Below are positions 12,401 to 25,370 of a stretch of DNA of 64,000 bases, piece by piece. This DNA is from Chiloscyllium plagiosum (taxonomy: Eukaryota). The position numbers were made by a program, and so were the translations under genes. The notes below the pieces were generated by a model, which searched no databases, had not been told where the DNA came from, and saw only the letters and a list, made by a program, of their open reading frames with translations. Each line of letters begins with the position of its first letter. The first letter of the stretch is position 1. The DNA is taken from the NCBI RefSeq assembly GCF_004010195.1, contig NC_057718.1:24297414-24361413 (forward strand), read 5' to 3'.

Positions 12401-13184
12401 TTCCACAGTATTCTTGTTACAAATCTTTGAGCTTGCACTTAAAATGTCAATATGCAATAGATGCAGCTAGAACTAATTGGTAAACGCTTATCACCTTTTG
12501 CATCCAACTAAATTGCTTTCCCACCTTCTTAAAAACAGTCAATGGTTTTCAGTAGAATTTGTAGTACTGAAGCAAATATCAAAACGTTGTTGTACTATTC
12601 AAAGAATAGTATAGCATAAATAATTATTTGGGATGTTTAACTTATTACAGTTCTACTTGCATGAAGCAGGATTCATATTCAATGTCTAATCTTAAAAATA
12701 TGTGATAAGGACACAACAAATTCAGGCAAGAAATTAATTATCATTGCACAATATGGAAAAACATTGGTAAAAATTACCAATTTCTCAGAGTTGTGATCAT
12801 GCCTCAAGGACACCTATAGTTTTTAGATGTTCAGGGTGTCCATTTGACCCTTGCAAAATGGGACCTGAGATTTGAACGTGGACAGCTCAAAGCTCATGAA
12901 ATAGGAATTCTGTATGCCATTGGCATTGGGTTATTACAAACATGAAGAGAAATTAAAGTTAAACCAGAAGATATTTACATGGAATGAAGCCCATGGTTTA
13001 CAATAGATTGAGGAATCCTTTGTCTATCTGCTCCTTCTTTTCATCAGCCCTCTTTCCAGAGCAGGTCGGTGTGCTTGAGCTTTTCACTGTCACTATCACC
13101 ACATGCTACAGGCAATCCTGGTACTGCAGTTCAAGTTCCCCAGCATGGCATCCTCCCTCACTGTTGTCACCTGCCCTGCAGGTT

Positions 13185-13515
13185 CTTAGAATCCCTATAG
13201 TGTGGGAAGAGGCTATTCGGTTTATTGAATCTCCACCATCCCTCAGAAGAGTATTCCACCCAGACCATACCCCAACTCTAAAGCCATAACCCCACGTTTA
13301 CCATTTGGCCTATACATCCCTGGACCCTATGAGTCAATTTAGCATAGCCAATCGACGTAACCTACACATTTTTAGACTGTGGGAAGAAACCAGAGCAGCC
13401 AGCAGAATTGGGGAGAACATGCAAACTCTATACAGACAGTCACCCTAGACAGGAATTGAAACGTTTCCCTGACACTGAGGCAGTAGTGTTAACCACAGAG
13501 TCTCCATGCCACCCA
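13185..13515 (-). mobile_element. Diverged HE1 SINE
   Basis: Collinear with the reverse complement of the HE1 at 31469-31780. Confidence 0.8.
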
Positions 13516-14059
13516 ACTTAAAATGCATAGCAGCAGAATGAAATGGAGAATCCCTGCCCTTCTGAGTGAAAATATGCCATCTTTGACATTTATTTAGAAA
13601 TGACAGGGAAGAGAATGGTTTCTAATGGTTTCTAATGATATTTAGGTAATTTGTTGACCAATGAAAGGAATTATTGTATAGTCTTTCTGATTGTGGGATA
13701 TAAACATAAATATAAACAAGAACACATATTTGTCTAAAAATGGGATTGTTTCTAAAGCTGCTTTTTTGTTGATTTTTTGGTCCTGTCCAAAGGATCTTGC
13801 ATGACTAATAAACAGGTCAAAATAGAGGTGTGAAGTTTTGAAGATGGATAAATGGGTAGACTTTGATTTAAAATTCTTAACTTGCAGGGAAATGGGACAT
13901 GGGAAACAGAAAATTAAGCAGCTCCAGGAAACCTTTGGTGTAGTCATTGTGTTATTAGCAGGTTTTTGCAGTTAGCAGCAGTGGTGATCTCTGCTGACTT
14001 CAAAGAAAGTTGGCCAAAATATCTAGCAGTAGGCCGTTTGTGTTGCAAGTATATTATCC

Positions 14060-14260
14060 AGGATCCCTAACCAAGGTTGCAAGCTGAAAATATCTGATAG
14101 CATTTTATTCTGTAATCTGAGCCACTTGAAACACTGGTGCTTTGACATCTCAAGATAACAAATCCTCTGCCTGTACATCACGTGCTGCTTATGTGGCCTC
14201 CCAGCAAGCTTCACTTCCCTGCTCTTCATCTCTGACTTGTGGAGCTGCAGGGCTATGAAG
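14060..14260 (-). mobile_element. Possible degenerate PIF/Harbinger transposase N-terminal fragment
   Basis: HVMYRQRICYLEMSKHQCFKWLRL...LSDIFSL resembles the N-terminus of HARBI1-like transposases (from memory). No DDE domain is seen. Confidence 0.4.
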
Positions 14261-15012
14261 AGCAGGTTGTTGCTGTTCCTGCTGGCGCTACTCTTTTTGC
14301 TGGTTCTCCAGCTAGTAATGTTCCTATTCTTACTGGTATTGCCCATACGCCTGCTGGTGCATTCCTGCTGGTTCTTTTCATTCCATTGATCTCTTTAGAC
14401 TTTTCCTGAGGTTTTAGCAAAAACAGCAGAAGTGGCACTCCTGATGATCTGATAAATCAAAGCAGAGATCAGATGTACTAATCTGCAAAATCATTGAAGT
14501 ATTGCAGCACAAGTACTGCAAACAAAACCTTTCATATAAACTACAAAAAAGCAGCTGCATAGTGTCAACATCAGTGACATATTTATCTGTCATGTCTTTA
14601 GCTGCGGAGTTCTTGTCTTGTTTTCAATGGCAAGTTCCAACAGGCCTGGGAAATTTAAAGCTAATTTGCAAATTCCATATTAATTAAGTTATAAATGGGT
14701 AATTGACATATTGAAACAGTCAAGCTGCCTTTTTTGAAGGAGTTGCTCACTTGGAATTTAATATATGCTGCAACCAAATGTTAAAGTAGGATAATTAGGG
14801 ATGGCTTCCTGATATGCTATTAACGTGCTATCAATGAAACCCAAACTCATGCTCCTGCTAGTTAAAATTCAGCCAGAATACTTGATAATATATTGGTTTT
14901 CTGAATACCATTCATGTTTTTGTGGCTTGGAAGTGTTTGGTGCAACAAAGCCCTGTGCTGGGCCCACGATGACTCCACAATGTCAGCAATAATGATTTGT
15001 ATTTGAATAGCA

Positions 15013-15279
15013 TAGATTACTTACAGTGTGGAAACAGGCCCTTCGGCCCAACAAGTCCACACTGACCTGCCAAAGCACAACCCACCCAGATCCCTTCATT
15101 TACCCCTGCTATGGACAATTTAGCATAGCCAATTCACCTAACCTGCACATTTTTGGACTGTGGGAGGAAACCCATGCAGACTCGGGGAGAATGTGCAAAC
15201 TCCACACAGTCAGTCGCCTGAACCCAGGTCTCTGGCGCTGTGAGGCAGCAGTGCTAACCACTGAGCCACCGTGCCGCCC
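15013..15279 (-). mobile_element. HE1 SINE
   Basis: Ends in ccactgagccaccgtgccgccc, the reverse complement of the HE1 head. Confidence 0.9.
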
Positions 15280-15644
15280 AGTCGCATCTTTAACACAGAA
15301 AAATAACCCGACTTACGCTGTAGGAAAATAGATGTTGGGTTAAAGAAGGATCGAGTAAGAGCCGTGACCTAAATCTTGTGCAAGAGATGAGCTTTCAAAG
15401 GATTCTTTACAATATTAGAGGTAGGTAATGGGGTCTCAGAAGGTACTGCCAGATGCAGGTATCTGTGGTTGAGAACATGGCTACCGATGTTGAGGTGACA
15501 TGAAGTAGTACAAAATGCTAGAGTCAATTGAATAGAAAGTAGAAGAAGTTGTTGGGTTGGTGTATGTTACAAAATAGTAAAGGATGAGGCCATGAAGGGA
15601 TTTCAACACAAGGACAATAATGCAGACAAGTGAAGCTGGCTATT

Positions 15645-15932
15645 TTAGATTAGATTCCCTACAGTGTAGAAACAGGCCCTCCGGCCCAACAAGTACACAC
15701 CGCCCCTCCAAAGAGTAACTACCCAGACCCATTCCCCTACCCTATATTTACGCCTGACTAATGCACCTAACAATTTAGCATGGCCTACACATCTTTGGAT
15801 TGTGGGAAGAAACCCATGCAGACACGGGGAGAATGTGCAAACTCCACTCAGACAGTCACCCAAGGCACGAATCGAACCTGGGTCCCTGGGGCTGTGAGGC
15901 AGCATTGCTAACCGTTGAGCCACTGTGTCACC
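15645..15932 (-). mobile_element. HE1 SINE
   Basis: (ttaga)n tail with V-domain and head on the minus strand. Confidence 0.9.
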
Positions 15933-16036
15933 CTATGATGTGGACATTATGTGCAAGTTCTATTTCTTATCATCATTTTTCCACAAAGAGGAAACCTCAA
16001 ATGTACATTGTGCACTAGATTCTTAAGTTATAGCTG

Positions 16037-16628
16037 CACAAGGTACAATGACACAACAACTGTTTAGTACATCGGTTAGGCCACTTTTGGAATATTGCAT
16101 GCAATTCTGATCTCTTTCCTATCAGAAGGATGTTGTGAAACTTGAAAGGGTTCAGAAATGATTTACAAGGATGATGCCAGGTTTGGAGGATTTGAGCTAC
16201 AGGAAGATGCTGAACAGGCTGGGGCTGTTTTCCCTGGAGCGTTGAAGACTGAGGGGTGACCTCATAGAGTTGTATAAAATCATGAGGGGCATGGATAGGA
16301 TAAATAGACAAAAATCTTTTTCCAGGAGTGGGGGAGTCCAAAACTAGAAGGCATTGGTTTAGGGTGCAAGGGGAAAGACATAAAAGAGACCTAAGGGGCA
16401 ACCTTTTCACGCAGAGAGTGGTGCATGTGTGGAAGGAGCTGCCAGAGGAAGTGGTGGAGGCTGGTACAATTGCAACATTTAAAAGGCATCTGGATGGGTA
16501 TATGAATAGGAAGGGTTTAGAGAGATATGAGCCAAGTGCTGGTAAATGGGACTAGATTAGGTTGGGATATCTGGTCGGCATGGAGGAGTTGAACCGAAGG
16601 ATCTGTTTCTGTGCTGTACATCTCTATG
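16037..16628 (+). mobile_element. CR1/HER1 3' end
   Basis: LEYCMQF..., LFTQRVVHVWKELPEEVVEA, and tail ccgaaggatctgtttctgtgctgtacatctctatg. Confidence 0.92.
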
Positions 16629-17129
16629 TTGGACTGGAATGCTTAACTGGGCTTCAGGTTTTAGTGTCCAACTAACCCAATAGTTTGCTCATTTATTCAA
16701 CTCCAATTGCAATAATTACTAATAAAACAGACATTATTTTTAAGAAGTTTCTATTATATCAGAAAAGCAATATCAATATCCACAGTTCCATCGACATGGT
16801 AATCGTTTCTGCATTCTTATCCTCTCAAAAGAAAAGGTTATTTTTAAAAATAGTGAATTTTAAAATCATTGGCAACATAGTCATTGTGCTAAAATTACTA
16901 TGTGCAACCAATTATAAACAGTGTTTTTCCATGAATTGATGATATGACCTGAAAAGACAGTTGAAAAACAGCATTTTATAGGCTCCTGGAAGTTAAACAT
17001 TGGGGAGATGAAACTCAGACTGGATGATCTCTTTGTGGAATACCACCAGTCTATTTGTAAAAATTATCCAGAGCTTCCAGTTGCCTGCCACTTCAGTACC
17101 TATTGTGTTCCTGCACCAACATTTCTGTC

Positions 17130-17600
17130 TCAGGTCTGCAGCAGTGCTCCAGCAAAGCCCAAAGCAAGCTGGAGGAACCTCACCTGATCTCCTGTCTCGG
17201 TATCTTACAGCCTTCAGGACTCAACACTGAGTTTAACAATTTCAGAATATGAACATCTTCTTTCATGTTCATTACCCACTCTTACAATCTGTGGCCCATT
17301 TTTAACTGTTCACATTTCCTGTTAGCAAGCATTCAGCAATTATCTTCTCTTGGTTTATCATCAGCAATCCATCTATTTGGCTCGAATCTTTTCTCTGTCT
17401 CAGCATACTTCCATATATTCAACTCACTCCATTCCACCCCCTCCCTTCACCTGCACCCCTATCATCAGCAAAAATACCACCCTATCCCAGCTGCACTCAG
17501 TTCTGGTCAAGGGTCATTAGCATCAAAATGTTAACTGTTTTTCTCTCTCTACAAATGCTGCCAACTCTTCCAAGTTTCTCCAGCAGTTTCTGTTTTTATG
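17130..17600 (+). mobile_element. Old degraded PLE 3' end
   Basis: aagctggaggaacctcacctgatctcctgtctcggtatcttacagcct matches the KLEE-HLI--LG-LQP-GLN GIY-YIG tail. A decayed hammerhead is present near 17500-17540. Confidence 0.6.
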
Positions 17601-18049
17601 AAAGTTAATTTAAATTTGACTTTTAACTTTATTATTCCAAGGTTAATGAGTTGCCATACTGAATTTGTTCATTGAATTGAAAGGAAAATAATAAAACAGT
17701 AAAAATGTTAATCTGATAGTGAGGAGAGTTCAATTTTACTCTCACTATTTGACATTTAATGTAGACGAATTGAATACATGCACTATCTCTTTTGTAGGAA
17801 GTTAGTTTATTAATTCTGACTGTTGGTGCCCTGAAATCTCTGAGAGCAATGTGCATAATTAAAATAATCTTCAAAAACCACATAAAACTGTTGGTTAGAC
17901 TTTTAAGTGATGTCATATTGGTATCATAAATGTCAAGTCATAACATTTTTGTAGCAATTTTGAGGAGCTGAACTTAAGATATTTTGGAGTTATATCATTT
18001 CATACTGAGCAATATAAATGGAATCCAGAATGTTAGATATGGAAGCCAC

Positions 18050-19070
18050 TTATCACAGACTCATAGAATTAATACAGTGCATTGGAGGAGGGACAGACAG
18101 TCAGTCAAATGTATTTGCGCCAGCTCTGAGCATTTTAATTTAGTCCCAAACTCCTATCTTTCCCCATATCCCTGTACATTGTTTATTTTAACTAATCATC
18201 CAACGTCCTCTTGAATGCCTTAATTGAACCTGCAACCATGAAACTTCCAAGCAGTGCATTATTAATCTGACTGTGTTAAAAGGCTGATATTAATCTCATA
18301 TCTGCTTCTTTAGCAAAACACTTTAAAACTATGGCCTCTGGTTCTTGATACTTTTACAAACAGGAATCCCATCTTTTTGTCTAAATCTCATGATTTTGAT
18401 AACTCCCCTCTCTGCTGTCTCAACTTGTCCAATCTATGCTCATAACTAAGTTTTCCATGCCTGGAAATGTTATTGTAAAACTCTTCTACACTCTCTTTAA
18501 TGCATTCATATCCTTTGTGAAATATGTCATTCAGAGCTGCATACAATTGTCCACTGAACTCTGGCCAGTGTTCTATAAAAAAATTAGCATAATTTCTATG
18601 CTCTTCTTCTCTAAGCCAATAATACTATACGTTTTATTCACAGACCTCTCAAACTGTCCAATCTACCATTGATGACTTATGCACACATACAATTGGGTCT
18701 GTCAACTCCTGGACACTCTTTAGAGTAGCTTTGATTTTATGCTGAATCTCTGTGTTCTTTATACTAAAGTGTATCACCTCATACTTCCCTACATTGAACT
18801 TGATCTGCCACCTATTCACCCACTCCACCAACATTGACAATGTCCTTTTGAAGTTCTACACTGTCCTCCTTATAGTTTACAATTTTTCCAAGTTTATGGA
18901 CATCCACAAACTTTGACATTATCCCCTGCACACCAAGATCTGAATTACTGATAAATACATCAAAGAAGCAAAGCTCCAAATATTGATTCTTGGGGAACTC
19001 CATGACAAAGCTTGCTCCAACTTGAAAATGTCATAATTGGTATTTTGTGTTTCCTATCTCTCAGCCTTGA
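18050..19070 (-). mobile_element. Old CR1 LINE fragment
   Basis: SKFVDVHKLG...ELQKDI and EWVNRWQIKFNVGKYEVIHF motifs. Confidence 0.8.
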
Positions 19071-19875
19071 TAGAAGATTGGACATAGCAGGACATACAAA
19101 GTTTGTCACCTCTTTAATAGTTTGATCTCATGAGAGTGGACAGGCTAAATAGTGAAGGGCATCTCCCTCCACATTTCTAAAATTTCCTTCCTCAAAAGAG
19201 CGTAATCATTCTGTTATTGACTTCTCCCACTAATAAGGTTTTTTTCCCCAGCAAAGTCTACAGCAAACTTCTTGCTCAAGCATTTCTTTCTCAGAAGTAA
19301 AATGTTGATTAAGACAGCATTGAATTTTGGAGCAGAACATTTTCCTCAGCTAATAATTTGCAGTGACCTGAAAGCAAAGAAGATAATTTTACTCCCAGCA
19401 GAGTATCTCGATCAAGTCTCAGGACTTGTGAAATTCTTCTTCAATTTTTCAGTTATGAGTTCCTGTTTTTTGCCAAGGATTTTCATGAAGAATTTTAACA
19501 AACTAGCTTGTTCCTTTAACAGTCATGTTCATTCAAATTCTATAACTTTACTGGTCATTTGGAATTCTGCCAGTTGGTAGCTGATGTTGGAGCATTTGAC
19601 TTGGATATCTTTATTTTCCTGTGCTGCCTTATCCAGTAGTGGCTATCACTGTATGATCCCCCAAAGAAACATTTTCATATTCTGAGCCCTGGTAGTTTTC
19701 CAGGAGGAGATTAGTATATTTTTTTAGTGGAAGATAACTTCTCCAGCTTTTGCTTACATTTAATGTAATCAAGTTCCATTTTAGGCCACAGGTAGCTTTC
19801 TCAAGGTAATTCTCAGTTGTATGCACTCTATTGTTTAGGCTTCTGTTTCTTTACTGCGTGACAAAAGCCGTAATT

Positions 19876-19906
<31 letters not shown>

Positions 19907-20004
19907 AACAAACTTTTTTTGAGCTTGGTTTTCAAGCCAGTGGCACATGGGTGTTGATTTGCTTTTGTGAAGTGGTTTGAAAGTTAATTAGGTAAGTTTT
20001 TCTG

Positions 20005-21060
20005 AAACATAGAAATTTAGACAGTAAGGGCAGGAGTTGGCCCTTCAAGCTTGTTTTACCATTCAAAATCATCATAGCTGATCCTGCCTCTCAATGCCAA
20101 TTTTCTGCTTGCTCCCCATCCCCCTTGATGCCTTTAAAATGTAGAAGTTTGTCTTTCTCTTGAATATATTCAGGATCTTAGCCTCCACAGCCTTCTGTGG
20201 TTGATCATTCCACAGGTTTATTACCTTCCAAGTGAATCTTTTTTCCTAATCTCAGTTCTAAATGATCTATCCCTTAGATCTCCAACCAGAGAAAATGTCT
20301 TCCCTATAACATGTCTGTACAGCCCTGTTAGAATTTTATATATTTCCATCAGATCCCCTGTCATCAACTTAAACTCTAGTGAATACAGGCCCAGTTGAGC
20401 CAATCTCTTGTCATAGATACCATCCATGCTGTCAGCTTCATGAACCTCTGTTACACTCTCTATGGAATGGAAAGTTTGCACTTTTTTAGGTGGGGAGACT
20501 GAACTGCAACACAATCCTCCAGATGTGGTCTCATGAAGGCTCTGTAAAACTACGATAAGACATCCTAACTTCTGAATGCAAATCCTCTTGCAGTGATTGC
20601 CAATATACCATTTGCCATCTTAATTGCTTCAAATCTCCTTGCATCCTCCTGACAACTCACAATCCCACCTAGCCTTGTGTCATCAGGAAACATGAATATG
20701 TTGCATTTGGTCATTAATATCCAGGTCATCTATTTTCAGAATAGCTGACACCCAAGCACCAATCCTTGTGATTCCCCACGAATCACTGCCTACCCTCATT
20801 TATTCCCACTCTCTGCTTCTTGTCCATCAAGCAATTCTTAATCCATGGCAATTTCTTAGCCTGCTCCATGCACTTTAACTTCACATCATAACAGACTTTG
20901 TCAAAAGCCTGTTTCTCCCTTATCTATTCTACTAGTTCAGTCCTTAAGATATTCCACTAGATTTGTTAACCATGATTTGTCTTTCATAAATCCATGCTGA
21001 TTTTGTCAAATCCAGTTAAGGCTTTCCAAATATTCGGTTATGATGTCTTCAATAATAAAC
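20005..21060 (-). mobile_element. Old CR1 LINE fragment
   Basis: LGLYSLEFKLMTGDLMEIYKIL motif, with a CR1 tail (aacatagaaa) at the left end. Confidence 0.8.
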
Positions 21061-21077
21061 ACAAGCACAAAGAAAGC

Positions 21078-22420
21078 TGTTTAAGAAAGGGGATAAGGAC
21101 AAGCCAGGTAGCCATAGATCAGTGAGCCTGACGGTGGTGGGCAAGTTGTTGGAGGGAATCCTGAGGAACAGGATGTACATGTGTTTGGAAGGCAAGGAAT
21201 GATTAGGGATAGTCAACATGGCTTTGTGCGTAGGAAATCATGTCTCACAAACTTGATTGAGTTTTTTGAGGAAATAACAAAGAGGATTGATGAGGGCAGA
21301 GTGGTAGATGTGATCTATATGGACTTCAGTAAGGCATTCGACAAGGTTCCCCATGGGAGACTGGCTAGCAAGGTTAGATCTCATGAAATACAGGGAGAAC
21401 TAGCAATTTGAATACAGGACTGGCTCAAAGGTAGAAGACAGAGGATAGAGTAGAGGGTTGTTTTTCAGATTGGAGGCCTGTGACCAATGGAGTGCCACAA
21501 GGATCAGTGCTGGGTCCTTGGATTTGGATGTGAGCATAACAGGTATAGTTAGTAAGTTTGCAGATGTCACCAAAATTGGAGGAGTAGTGGAAGAAGATCA
21601 CCTCAGATTACAATGGGATATTGATCAGCTGGGCTAATGGGCTAAGAAGTGGCAGATGGAATTTAATTTAGATAAATATGAGGTGCTGCATTTTGGGAAA
21701 GCAAATTTTAGCAGGATTTATACACTTAATGGTAAAGTCCTCAAGACTGTTGCTGAACAAAGATACCTTGGAATACAGGTGCATAGCTTCTTGAAAGTGG
21801 AGTCACAGGTAGATAGAATAGTGAAGAAGACGTTTGATGAGAGTATTGAGTACAGGAGTTGGGAGGTCATGTTGCGGCTGTACAGGACATTGGTTAGGCC
21901 ACTGTTGGAATATTGCATGCAATTCTGGTCTCCTGCCTATCAGAAAGATGTTGTGAAACTTGAAATGGTTCAGAAAAGATTTACAAGGATGTTGCCAGGG
22001 TTGGAGGATTTGAGCTATATGGAGAGGTTGAATAGGCTATGGCTGAGGGGTGACCTTCTAGAAGTTTATAAAATCATGAGGGGCATGGATGGGATAAATA
22101 GACAAAATCTTTTCCTGGGGTAGGGGAGTCCAGAACTAGAGGTTTAGGGTGAGAGGGGAAAGTATAAAAGAGACTCAAGGGTTAACTTTTTCACGTAGAG
22201 GGTGGTATGTGTATGGAATGAGTTGCCAGAGGAAGTGGTGGAGGTAGTACAATTGCAACATTTAAAAGGCACCTGGATGGGTAGATGAATAGGAAGGATT
22301 TGGAGGGATATGGGCCAGGTGCTGACAGGTGGGACGAGATTGGGTTGGGTTATCTGGTCACCATGGACGAGTTGGACCGAAGGGTCTGTTTATGTGTCGT
22401 ACATCTCTGTGACTCTATGA
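21078..22420 (+). mobile_element. CR1/HER1 RT and 3' end
   Basis: [30 protein letters not shown] and LVRPLLEYC motifs. Tail ctctgtgactctatga. Confidence 0.93.
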
Positions 22421-22424
22421 CAAA

Positions 22425-23421
22425 GGTGTAGGAGTAACAGGGTTGTTGTCATGGGTGACTTTAACTTCCCTAATATTGATTAGAACCTCCTTAGTTCAAA
22501 TAGTTTGGATGGAGCAGTTTTTGTCAGGTGTGTCTAGGAAGGATTCCTGTCTCAATATATAGATAGACTGACTAGAGGGGAACCAAATTGGATTTGGTGC
22601 TTAGCAACGAATGAGACCAGGTGTCAGATCTCTTGGTGGGAGAGCATTTAGGTGATAGTGTTCAAAACGTCCTGACCTTTACTATACTCATGGGGAGGGA
22701 TAGGAGCAGGTGGTATGGGAAAGTACTTAATTGAGGGAGGGGGAATTACAATGCTATTAGGCAGGAACTGGGGTGCCTAAATTGGGAATAAATATTTTCA
22801 GGAAAATGCATGCCAGAAATGTGGAGGTTGTTTAGGGAGCACTTATTAATAGTGTTGGATATATTTGTCCAACTGAGGCAAGGAAGAGATGGTAGGGTGA
22901 AGCTTGGGTGACAAGGGGTGTAGAACATCTAGTCAAGAGGAAGAAAGCTTACTTAAAGTTGAAGAGGCAAGGACTAGACCAGGCTTTAGAGAATTACAAG
23001 GTAGCCAGGAAGGAATTGAAAAATGGACTTAGGAGAGCTAGAAAGGGGCATGAAAAAGCTTTAGTGAGTAGGATTAAGAAAAATCTTAAGTCATTCTACA
23101 CTTATGTGAGGAACAAGAGGACGGCCAGAGTGAGGATAGGGCCGATTAAGGATTGTGGAGGGAAATTGTGCCTGGATTCGGAAAAAGTAGGGAAGCTCTT
23201 AGTGAATACTTTGCTTCAGTATTCACTACTGAGAGGGACCTTGTCTTTTATGAGGACAGGCGGGTTGATGTTAAGAAGGAGTATGTGCTGAAAATTTTGA
23301 AAAAACATCAGGATAGTTAAGTCCCCTGGGCCAGACGGGATACACCTAAGGTTGCTACAGGAAGTGAGGGAAGAGATTGCTGCATCATTGGCGATGATCT
23401 TCGCATTCTCATTGTCCACTG
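22425..23421 (+). mobile_element. CR1 ORF2 fragment (APE C-terminus to RT start), ending at the ERV LTR
   Basis: VVMGDFNFPNID at the start and KSPGPDGIHLRLL near the end. Confidence 0.88.
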
Positions 23422-23968
23422 TGTTAAGTTCTTTTACTCCTGAAGTTCTTACACACTTGATGTAAGAACTTCTGTGAACAAGCAACCAATTTATTAAACT
23501 CAGTACAGTACAGGCTTGCTGGAGGAATCTTTACACACACCTCGCAGAGCTTACGGGGTTGTGACAAAGAGCTCTCCCTAAACAAAGGAAACAGTCTGTC
23601 CTTTATTCAAAATTTTCAGCATCACAGTCAGTACTGCCCACAAGACAACCCTCAGCCATTCCCTCTTAATCATATGCCACTCAAGATACAATGCAGTGAC
23701 CACCCCACCTCCAGAAACAATGTAATGCAAATCATCCCTCAATGGTCAATTATGTTGCAAATTGTTTTTTGTAACTATTGGAGAGTAGTTAAATTCCAAC
23801 TGTAATGTTCTTATTGATTTCTGGATGAAAATGTAAATCATCGCTGAATGGCAAGGAAATGGCCATGTAAACCTCCCACATTTCACCTATAAGACAAACA
23901 CACACCATCTTACCCCTGGGGCATTCAATTTCTTGTAGGTCAGCAGAGCAATTAACTCTTTAATATCA
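23422..23968 (-). repeat. ERV 3' LTR (~547 bp)
   Basis: On the minus strand it begins TGATATT two nt after the PPT AAAAGGAGGGAA (23971-23982) and ends CTTAACA at 23422, where CR1 similarity stops. AATAAA at 23490-23495. Confidence 0.8.
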
Positions 23969-23983
23969 TATTCCCTCCTTTTA

Positions 23984-25370
23984 TCATTCCATTATAACCA
24001 CCTGGATGGAGAATGACAATAGCACTACCAATTTATTCATAAGAACCTTACAGCCAGTACTTAAGCAAGTTATTGACACAGAACATAAAATGATTATAAC
24101 AACAAAAATCACTAGCCCATGCAGTAGATAGGATTCCCAGGATCCTCCCAGTAGCCATCCTAGCCAGCCATCTCCGTTCTTAGGGCCTTGTCTAAAATTA
24201 TTCAATAGGTTCCGAATAGACTAAATGGCATGTTGTATAATTCATCCGTAACCTGGGTGATGCATTTGTCCCCCACTATTGTACACACACTCCGCCCCTG
24301 CCCCCGCCCCCACCCCCAACTGGGTCAACAGATAGTCTACCACATATCTAGTCTGTTGTGCATAGAGCCTTAACTCTGCCAATTCCCGATTATTTGCATC
24401 CAGTCCCCTAATTGTACTGTTTCCCTGGAAGATTAACCCACAAATGAGGTAATTTCAGTTTTTTGCTGTCATAGTTCCTGCTGATCCTCTAAGGGAGAGT
24501 GTCCCCAGGAATCTGTAGCCAAGGGAAAAGCCTAGAGTCACTGGGACCTTCCAATCTGCACAAAACTCCTGACTGATAGCTCGGTTTACTATTCTGCGGT
24601 GGGTAGGTGCCTTCTGTGGGCATGAAACAGTGAGGAGTCCTACTGTCCCTTCAGCAAACCAGAGAGTCGGGGTGGTTGTAGTAAAGGTCCAGTTGAGAAG
24701 GAACACAAATTCTCTTTTGGCCCAGTAGCATTTCACCACTCGGTTATTGGCAGTCACGAACTGTTTATGCCTCCAGTTTCTCTCCTGATTGGAGTTTTCT
24801 CCTGATCCGATCTGTTGGTGGTCATAACAAGGATATGACCAAACGGCTGAGCTGATATGGGTTCCGTGCAATGCCTACAAATCCTGCAGTAACATTTAAG
24901 CACCTTTCCTTGTCACAGGTGCAGGTAACTATTCTATTGCTTAGCTGGCAATGCCTGCGGGCGCATTATTTGTGGGCACAAGAGGTATTTGTGGGAAACA
25001 AAGCATAGGCACAGCCCCACCCCTGTCCTGAGAAGAAAAGTGAATAGCTCATGGGATCATACCTGGGTCCTTGTGCAGCTAGGGGGCTGAGTTTTACCTG
25101 AAGCTATGCACCATCCCGATGACATCCTTCTAAACTTCCCGCTTTGACCTACACAGGGGGTATCTGAAGTACCTATGGTATATAGGCTGAGGGGGGTCCA
25201 CCCAGGAATGGCTACAAATAATGCTTCTACTGACTGGACAAGTGGGTAACACACAGTTCAATTACCATGCAAAAGTACATGAGCCTTATAAAACAAATTT
25301 TCCACTAGGCCTAATACCGCGAAGGCTGACATGATACCATAGAATGTGAATGTAGTCTTTAGGCCATCTG
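23984..25370 (-). pseudogene. env: ERV env pseudogene
   Basis: Basic cleavage site RRIVNR|AIS, heptad/ISD-like ELAELRLYAQQTRYVVDYLLTQLG, GVCTIVGDKC, and membrane anchor WLGWLLGGSWESYLLHGLVIFVVIIILC. The 5' boundary is approximate. Confidence 0.85.
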
